From Nitrosopumilus sp. (GTDB lineage: Archaea > Thermoproteota > Nitrososphaeria > Nitrososphaerales > Nitrosopumilaceae): DNA of 64,000 nucleotides. The position numbers and the translations under genes are program-made. How positions within the stretch are numbered: the stretch's first letter is position 1; every line of letters begins with the position of its first letter. Below the pieces are notes generated by a model that saw only the letters and a list, made by a program, of their open reading frames with translations, made no database searches and was not told where the DNA came from. This document shows, in pieces, positions 57,469 through 64,000 of this stretch. The stretch is from the NCBI GenBank assembly GCA_036525555.1, contig DATDAD010000030.1:12212-76211 (forward strand), written 5' to 3'.

Positions 57469-60135
57469 ATGAAACAAGTTTACTTTTATGATGAAGGAGA
57501 CGGCAAAAATAAGAAGCTTCTAGGTGGAAAAGGAGCGGGTTTGTGCGAAATGACAAGATTGAAGCTACCAGTGCCCCCAGGATTTACAATTACCACAGAA
57601 GTTTGTAACAAATATTATGAAAATAACAAAAAATTGCCAAAAACACTCATGGCAGAAGTAAAAAAGAATATTGCAAAAATAGAGAGAAAAACAGGTAAAA
57701 AATGGAATTCAAAAACAAATCCACTACTAGTATCAGTTAGATCAGGTGCAGCAATTTCTATGCCTGGCATGATGGATACAATTCTAAATTTGGGACTAAA
57801 TGATGAAACAGTTATCGGTCTTTCCGAAAAAAGTAGCAATCCACGATTTGCATGGGATTCTTACAGAAGATTTGTACAATTATTTGGAAAAGTAGTGTTT
57901 GGTGTTGAGGATAAGAAATTTGATGATGTCTTAGAAGATGCAAAGAAAAAACAAAACGTGCAAGTAGACAGTGATTTGAGTGAAGAATCATTAAGGGAAA
58001 TTGTTGCAAAATACAAAGATATCTGTGACAATCATACAGGGCGAAAATTTCCAGCAGATCCAACTGAACAAGTGGAACTTGCAATCAAGGCAGTGTTTGG
58101 AAGTTGGATGGGGGAAAGAGCAATTGTGTATAGAGAGAAAAATAACATTACAAAAGATATTGCAAATGGAACTGCAGTAAATATTGTATCAATGGCATTT
58201 GGAAATATGGGAGATGATTGTGCAACAGGAGTTGTATTTACAAGAAATCCTGGGGACGGAACAAGAAAGATTTATGGCGAATATCTAATTAATGCACAAG
58301 GAGAGGATGTAGTAGCAGGAGTAAGAACAGGAAAGCAAGTTGACGAGATGAAAAAAGATTTGCCAAAATCCTATGAACAACTAGCCAAAACATGTGAAAG
58401 GCTGGAAAGACACTACAAAGAACCACAAGATATTGAATTTACTATTGAGCAAGGAAAATTCTATTTGTTACAAACAAGAAATGCAAAGATGAATGCAGTG
58501 GGGATGGTAAAAACATCAATTGACATGGTCAAAGAAAAATTAATTGATAAAAATAGAGCAATTACTAGATTACAAGCAGAACAATTAGAGCAATTATTAC
58601 ATAAAAGAATAGATCCTAATGAAATCAAAAATCACACACTATTAGCAAAAGGAATTGCGGCATCACCAGGAGCAGCAAGTGGAATTGCAGTTTTGGATGT
58701 AAAAAGAGCAACCGCAATGGGTGAGAACGGTGCTAAAGTGATACTAATCAGGGAAGAAACAAAACCCGAAGATGTTCCAGCATTTTTTGAATCAGTTGGA
58801 ATTTTAACTAGCCGTGGAGGCAAAACATCTCATGCAGCAGTGGTTGCAAGAGGAATGGGAAAACCATGTATCGTAGGATGCTCAAATCTGAAAATCGATC
58901 TTGACAATAAACAATGTAGCGTAGATGGAAGAGTTGTTCGCGAGGGAGATTCAATCACAATAGATGGCAGTTCAGGGGCAGTATACATTGGAGATATTCC
59001 AACTATAGAACCTAAAGTAAATACAGACTTTAAGAAAATTTTAGAATGGTCCCAAAAAGCAAAAAAAATTGGGATTAGAGCTAATGCAGACACACCAGAA
59101 GGAGCAAAACTTGCAAGAGAATTTGGAGGACAGGGAATTGGATTATGCAGGACAGAAAGAATGTTCAACGGTAGTGACAGGATCAATCTATTTGTAGAAA
59201 TGATCATGGCAGAAAGCATTGAAGAACGAAGTAAGATTTTACAAAAACTAGGAGAATTGCAAAAAAGTGACTTTGTCCAAATTCTAAAGGCAATGGAAGG
59301 ATATGAAGTCACCATTAGATTACTAGACCCACCTCTACACGAATTCCTACCAAACCCAGAAGAACTAGCAGAGAAAATCCACAAATTAGAATTAAAGAAT
59401 GAAACAGAAGAAGTTGAAAAAGCAAAAATCATTCTAAAAAGAGCAAGAGAACTTGCAGAAGTAAACCCAATGATGGGGCATAGAGGAGTCAGAGTAGGAA
59501 TTACATATCCTGAAATATATGAGATGCAAATTCGAGCAGTCTTTGAAGCATTAGTAGAGTTAACAAAGAAAAAAGTAAAGGCACACCCACAAATCATGAT
59601 TCCACAAATCAGTAGCATCGCAGAATTAAACCACATTAAGAAAATTTATGATTCCATTAAGAAAGAGACAGAATCAAAATATAAAATGAAATTAAAGATT
59701 AACTTTGGAACCATGATTGAAGTTGTAAGAGCAGCACTAACAGCAAATGAACTTGCAACCACTGCTGAATTCTTTAGTTTCGGTACAAATGACCTCACAC
59801 AAGGAACATTTAGTTTCAGTAGGGAAGATGTTGAAGGTAAATTCCTTCCAGAATACATGGAAAAAGAACTTCTTGAGAGGAACCCATTTCAATCAATTGA
59901 CGTAAACGGCGTAGGCAGTCTGATAAAAATGGGAGTTGCAGCAGGAAGAAATCTCAGACCAAATATGGAGATAGGAATTTGTGGAGAGCATGGAGGAGAT
60001 CCTAATTCAATTAAATTCTGTCACAGCATAGGTCTAAGTTATGTTAGTGCATCACCCCATAGAATTCCTATTGCGATAGTTGCAGCAGCACAAGCAGCAA
60101 TTGAACAACCAAAAATTAAGTCAAAGAAAAAATAG
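57469..60135 (+). CDS. ppdK: Pyruvate, phosphate dikinase
   Basis: GGKGA, SVRSGA, GEDVVAG, GGKTSHAAVVAR, GLCRTE, FSFGTNDLTQ, GICGEHGG. Confidence 0.98.
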   Translation: MKQVYFYDEGDGKNKKLLGGKGAGLCEMTRLKLPVPPGFTITTEVCNKYYENNKKLPKTLMAEVKKNIAKIERKTGKKWNSKTNPLLVSVRSGAAISMPGMMDTILNLGLNDETVIGLSEKSSNPRFAWDSYRRFVQLFGKVVFGVEDKKFDDVLEDAKKKQNVQVDSDLSEESLREIVAKYKDICDNHTGRKFPADPTEQVELAIKAVFGSWMGERAIVYREKNNITKDIANGTAVNIVSMAFGNMGDDCATGVVFTRNPGDGTRKIYGEYLINAQGEDVVAGVRTGKQVDEMKKDLPKSYEQLAKTCERLERHYKEPQDIEFTIEQGKFYLLQTRNAKMNAVGMVKTSIDMVKEKLIDKNRAITRLQAEQLEQLLHKRIDPNEIKNHTLLAKGIAASPGAASGIAVLDVKRATAMGENGAKVILIREETKPEDVPAFFESVGILTSRGGKTSHAAVVARGMGKPCIVGCSNLKIDLDNKQCSVDGRVVREGDSITIDGSSGAVYIGDIPTIEPKVNTDFKKILEWSQKAKKIGIRANADTPEGAKLAREFGGQGIGLCRTERMFNGSDRINLFVEMIMAESIEERSKILQKLGELQKSDFVQILKAMEGYEVTIRLLDPPLHEFLPNPEELAEKIHKLELKNETEEVEKAKIILKRARELAEVNPMMGHRGVRVGITYPEIYEMQIRAVFEALVELTKKKVKAHPQIMIPQISSIAELNHIKKIYDSIKKETESKYKMKLKINFGTMIEVVRAALTANELATTAEFFSFGTNDLTQGTFSFSREDVEGKFLPEYMEKELLERNPFQSIDVNGVGSLIKMGVAAGRNLRPNMEIGICGEHGGDPNSIKFCHSIGLSYVSASPHRIPIAIVAAAQAAIEQPKIKSKKK

Positions 60136-60242
60136 AATTTTAAATCAAAATACGGGTAATAATATAGAACACCAACTTGACTAGAGACCTTATTTAATCA
60201 GAAAATAAATTTTTAAATCAATCAAAAGCATTTCAAAGTGAA

Positions 60243-60800
60243 TTGCTACCTAGGATTGATTCAATTAAACAGATTAGACAAAAAATAGGCATCACTCAGA
60301 AAAAACTTGCGGCAATGACGGGAGTGAGCACATCCATGATTAATCAAATAGAATCAGGAAGAAGTCAACCAAGCTATGAGACTGCAAAAAAGATTTTTGA
60401 GAGTCTTACACAATTAGAAGGGGAATCATCATCTCATACAGCAGGGGATTTTTGCAGTAGAGATATCATAAAACTAAAACCAACAAACACACTTCATGAT
60501 GCAATTAAGAAAATGCATCAATTGTCAATCAGTCAGATCCCTGTTTTTGACAATTCAGATGTAGTTGGAGTAATATCTGAAGATGGGATAGTAAAACATC
60601 TTGCAGATTTAGGAGAAGCAGAGTTAAAAAAAGCAAAATTAGCAGACACAATGGATCCTGTACCTCCTATAGTAGACTTTGACACACCAGCTAATGTGTT
60701 AGTCCCATTGATCAGATATTCAAAGTGCATTCTAGTTTCAAAAAAATCAAAAATCATTGGAATAATTACGGCATCAGACACATTGAAAATGATGGAATAG
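60243..60800 (+). CDS. XRE HTH plus CBS-pair regulator
   Basis: ITQKKLAAMTGVSTSMINQIESG; ISQIPV; GIITASD. Confidence 0.92.
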   Translation: MLPRIDSIKQIRQKIGITQKKLAAMTGVSTSMINQIESGRSQPSYETAKKIFESLTQLEGESSSHTAGDFCSRDIIKLKPTNTLHDAIKKMHQLSISQIPVFDNSDVVGVISEDGIVKHLADLGEAELKKAKLADTMDPVPPIVDFDTPANVLVPLIRYSKCILVSKKSKIIGIITASDTLKMME

Positions 60801-60832
60801 TATTTTTCATAAACAAATCATAGTTTAGACTG

Positions 60833-61222
60833 ATGTCCATGTTTAAAAATCAGCAAAATAGTTTCATATTATCACAATGCACTAAACACCAAGGAGATGT
60901 TTTGATGGCATTTGAAAATTTTATCATTACAGGATTTAAAAGGAGACAAAAGAATATCAATGAAGTAGAAAATAAATCTCAAAGATTAAGAAATGAACGT
61001 CAAATTGCAGAATCACGACAGTTTGAGGATCATGCTTTATTTTTGAAAGAAGAATTGGGCAGATATTTTCAGCAATATCGTAAACTTCTTGTCAGTCACG
61101 GAATGATACCAATCCACCGTGTTGGAATTACGGCCCTTACAAAAGATGAACTAAGGATAAAAGAAGAATATAATTTGAAAGATAAAAAAAGAATCAACAG
61201 GGAGGGTAAGATTGGATTTTGA
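60833..61222 (+). CDS. Hypothetical protein
   Basis: 129-aa ORF. Confidence 0.55.
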   Translation: MSMFKNQQNSFILSQCTKHQGDVLMAFENFIITGFKRRQKNINEVENKSQRLRNERQIAESRQFEDHALFLKEELGRYFQQYRKLLVSHGMIPIHRVGITALTKDELRIKEEYNLKDKKRINREGKIGF

Positions 61223-61301
61223 AATTCTAGTTCCCATATTCATAGTTCTTGCCGTAGGGATTTTTGTAGGTTCAAGAATATGGATGATGTTTAGAAAATA
61301 A
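61212..61301 (+). CDS. 29-aa single-TM micropeptide (not in ORF track)
   Basis: TTG start; MDFEILVPIFIVLAVGIFVGSRIWMMFRK. Confidence 0.55.
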   Translation: MDFEILVPIFIVLAVGIFVGSRIWMMFRK

Positions 61302-61343
61302 ATTGGATGAATGTGAACATAATTTTTCCAAAGAATGAAATAA

Positions 61344-61742
61344 CTACTCTTTAGGATGAGAACAAAGTTCTGCCAATACCCCTTGAAGAGATTTTGGATG
61401 AATAAATGTGACTTTAGTTCCTGCAGAACCAGGTCGGATTTTACCCAAGAATTGGATTCCACAACCTTCCATTCGTTCTACTTCACCCTCTATGTTGTCA
61501 GTATCCAGTGCCATATGATGTAATCCTTGACCTTTTTTATCTAAAAATTTCTTAATCGGACTAGAATCATTTGTAGGTTGCATTAATTCGACGCGACCAT
61601 TTTCCAAATGAATGATTGCAACTTTAACACCCTCAGATTCCACTGTTTCAAATTCTACAGAATCAACTCCTAATGCTTGCTGATAAATTTTAGCAGATTC
61701 TTCTACATCATTTACTGCAATTGCAATGTGATCAATTTTCAT
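61344..61742 (-). CDS. mce: Methylmalonyl-CoA epimerase
   Basis: IDHIAIAV, ELMQP, KKGQGLHHMA, FIHPK...LAEL. Confidence 0.93.
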   Translation of the reverse strand: MKIDHIAIAVNDVEESAKIYQQALGVDSVEFETVESEGVKVAIIHLENGRVELMQPTNDSSPIKKFLDKKGQGLHHMALDTDNIEGEVERMEGCGIQFLGKIRPGSAGTKVTFIHPKSLQGVLAELCSHPKE

Positions 61743-61808
61743 CTAAAAGATATCCCAATTTACAGTATTAATGGATTTATTTTATAGAAAATTGAATCAT
61801 ATTAGATT

Positions 61809-62246
61809 TCAGTTTAAAATTAAAATTGCACGCTCAAAATTTTTTGAAACATCTTCAATGGTACTAGGATAGTGCCTTTTTTCATATCTGGTGCGCTTTT
61901 TTAACCCCATGATTATCAAATCCACATCATGCTTATTTGCAAATTCAAGAATTTCATTAGATGGCACACTACTCTTGGTAATTTTAAAAACTGGAAAAAT
62001 ATCATGCTCTGCAGCATACTTTTCAAGTTTTTTATGTTCTAACTCGATCATTTTATGCTCCTTATCAAATTCCTCTCTGTCTGTTTTTGTTTTGAATAAT
62101 CCAAATGTCGCCCTATCTTCAACGCATGTCAAAATTGTTAATTTTGACTTTGTCAGTTGTGATAATCCAACTGCTTTTTTGAAAGCCTTTTGACTGCCAG
62201 GACATCCATTGTATGGAACCAAGATATGTTCAAAAAGATTAGTCAT
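61809..62246 (-). CDS. Universal stress protein
   Basis: HILVPYNGCPGSQKAF; DLIIMG. Confidence 0.9.
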   Translation of the reverse strand: MTNLFEHILVPYNGCPGSQKAFKKAVGLSQLTKSKLTILTCVEDRATFGLFKTKTDREEFDKEHKMIELEHKKLEKYAAEHDIFPVFKITKSSVPSNEILEFANKHDVDLIIMGLKKRTRYEKRHYPSTIEDVSKNFERAILILN

Positions 62247-62713
62247 TTTTTAATATCCAATAGCAACACAGGGCAATTGGCATTTTCAACAATCTTTCTT
62301 GAAACACTGCCTAAAGATAATAATTTTTTTATTCCCTTTAGTTTTCGTCGTTTTGACATTACTATTAGATCTACTTTTTCTTTTTCAAGAGTATCTAAAA
62401 TTATTTCAGCTGCATCACCTATGGCCACTTTAATTTTTGATTTAACACCTTTTTCTTCACATTGGAGAGAGTATTTTTCCATGTTTTTCTCCATATCTTT
62501 TTTCATTTCCTTATTTGCATTATCAATACTCTTTAGCAATTTTTCTCTTTCAGAAGATGACAAAGCAAATGATGGTGGAGCATGTATTTCTTCCACAATG
62601 TGCAAGAGGATTATTTTAGACGATTGGTCTGACGCATAAATTGCATGTTTTAGTGCCTCATCATCGGCAGGAGTTCCAGCATTAGGAACTAGAATTGTCT
62701 TATACATAATCAT
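62243..62713 (-). CDS. Universal stress protein
   Basis: ILVPNAG; GDAAEII; DLIVM; LGSVSRKIVENANCPVLL. Confidence 0.92.
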   Translation of the reverse strand: MIMYKTILVPNAGTPADDEALKHAIYASDQSSKIILLHIVEEIHAPPSFALSSSEREKLLKSIDNANKEMKKDMEKNMEKYSLQCEEKGVKSKIKVAIGDAAEIILDTLEKEKVDLIVMSKRRKLKGIKKLLSLGSVSRKIVENANCPVLLLDIKK

Positions 62714-62756
62714 TTTAAATCTTCGAGATAAATAAACTTGTAAGTTATTTGTCAGA

Positions 62757-63137
62757 CTAATGTCTGTGGATAATATCAAACTTCTTTTTCTTTGAAGTGA
62801 GTGATTTTGCCACAGGGATTATTTTATCAGCTAATCGTCGAATTTCTCGCTCATTCATTTTTGGGTATTTAATGTGTAAGCATTCATGATACAAGGTGTT
62901 CACAGTTTCAACTTTTGGTTCTGTTGCCAAATGAGGGTTTAGCCAAATTGTGCCACATTCTTTAATACATTCAGCCCAAACAGCATTTGGCTTAACCCTA
63001 TTTTTGTAAAGATATTTTGAAAAATGTTTTCTATCATAAACTAAAACAGGTTGTATGTCCATCTTCAAGATATTTTCAAATGTGTTAAGTAATGTTTGGT
63101 GCCATTCTTTATCATTAGCTGAAAATGCATATTTCAT
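62757..63137 (-). CDS. Minimal HExxH zincin-like protein
   Basis: IWLNPH...NTLYHECLHIKYP. Confidence 0.7.
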   Translation of the reverse strand: MKYAFSANDKEWHQTLLNTFENILKMDIQPVLVYDRKHFSKYLYKNRVKPNAVWAECIKECGTIWLNPHLATEPKVETVNTLYHECLHIKYPKMNEREIRRLADKIIPVAKSLTSKKKKFDIIHRH

Positions 63138-63154
63138 ATTTTAAAATAAGAAAA

Positions 63155-63301
63155 TCATTCTATTAATTCCTCACCTATATCTATAGTATCAAAATTTGTG
63201 CCATCACAATGGGGGCAGCTAGTTATCATGGTTACACCTGCTTTTTTGGTAAAAACATTACCACATGATTTACATGCACGCAATTCACTTAAAGTAGTCA
63301 T
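63155..63301 (-). CDS. 48-aa Zn-ribbon microprotein (not in ORF track)
   Basis: MTTLSELRACKSCGNVFTKKAGVTMITSCPHCDGTNFDTIDIGEELIE. Confidence 0.75.
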   Translation of the reverse strand: MTTLSELRACKSCGNVFTKKAGVTMITSCPHCDGTNFDTIDIGEELIE

Positions 63302-63489
63302 GAATCAATTTGCCTACAAATCTAAATAAAGTGTATGGTTAATTCCAAATTTGAAATTATTTCTATGCTCACAAACTAATTACATAAAAAATGTTCTTTT
63401 AAAATATAAAAAAAATAATCAAATTTTTCTTTCACGACTAGAGAATTAAACGGGTTTTATTAAGGGGCTAATAGTATCATCACTCCACG

Positions 63490-64000
63490 ATGAATGAATT
63501 AAAAGTAAAAAAAGATTTTACAGATATTTACACACAAGATTCCCCATGCAGTTATCTAAAAGAAATGGATAGATTGGAATACTTGATATCAGATTCAACA
63601 AAACCGTTGTACAACTCCATCATAGAGCAACTTGAAGAAACAGTATCTAGACCCATTAATGTTTTAGATTTAGGAAGTTCGTATGGCATCAATTCATCAT
63701 TAATGAAATATAATTTAACAATGTCAGAATTGAATGATTTCTTTTTAAGCGGAACAGAACCTACAAAAAAAGAGACCAAGCAATTCTACGAAGAATGCAC
63801 GATTAATGACAACTTGAATTTCTATCAAATAGATATTTCAGAAGAGGCTCTAAAATTTTCTGAAGAGATGAATTTGTGTGAAAGAGGCATAAATGTTGAT
63901 CTTGATTCTGAAAAATTAAATCTGCTAGAATCATTACCAAAGATGGATGTGGTGATTGCAACGGGTTGTGTTGGTTATATCGGATATGAAGCATTTTCAA
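63490..64000 (+). CDS. Class I SAM-dependent methyltransferase; 3' end outside window
   Basis: Frame open from ATG 63490 to the edge; VLDLGSSYGINS, QIDISEEAL, DVVIATGCVGY. Confidence 0.85.
   Translation, partial: MNELKVKKDFTDIYTQDSPCSYLKEMDRLEYLISDSTKPLYNSIIEQLEETVSRPINVLDLGSSYGINSSLMKYNLTMSELNDFFLSGTEPTKKETKQFYEECTINDNLNFYQIDISEEALKFSEEMNLCERGINVDLDSEKLNLLESLPKMDVVIATGCVGYIGYEAFS

Noticed and set aside
58830-59636. 268-aa antisense ORF in ppdK, and the many other antisense ORFs in the track
   Set aside because: Shadows of well-supported genes caused by codon bias.
1-64000. tRNA, rRNA, IS or integrase genes
   Set aside because: I saw no T-loop consensus, rRNA-like GC-rich block, transposase or terminal inverted repeats by eye. 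A tRNAscan/Infernal run would be decisive.

Overview
AT-rich window from an ammonia-oxidising archaeon of the Nitrosopumilus/Nitrosopumilaceae type (Nitrososphaerota). The assignment rests on archaeal r-proteins S25e/S26e, Rpo6, archaeal ThrRS, PolB1, Alba, parvulin, methylmalonyl-CoA epimerase and TackOD1-like/DUF6659-like lineage proteins. 1-26 kb is mostly housekeeping: trpEGDCBA without trpF, pyrG, NAD kinase-wHTH, speB, thrS and a DHS-like gene. 26-38 kb is a divergent type IV pilus/adhesion locus. 38-50 kb is an accessory regulator-rich island. 50-64 kb returns to core genes: Hef helicase, dCMP deaminase-polB, tpiA, ppdK, mce and Usp. Most interesting: (i) a half-size protein matching one half of eukaryotic deoxyhypusine hydroxylase (two His-Glu HEAT motifs), convergent with a SET-domain methyltransferase; (ii) a 16-bp palindrome TTCCCA-W4-TGGGAA at six intergenic sites, one overlapping the start of that gene; (iii) about ten micro-ORFs under 60 aa missed by the ORF track, including a stand-alone C2H2 zinc finger; (iv) three candidate structured RNAs. 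I saw no tRNA, rRNA, CRISPR array or IS element. All family calls come from motif recognition by eye, not database searches.
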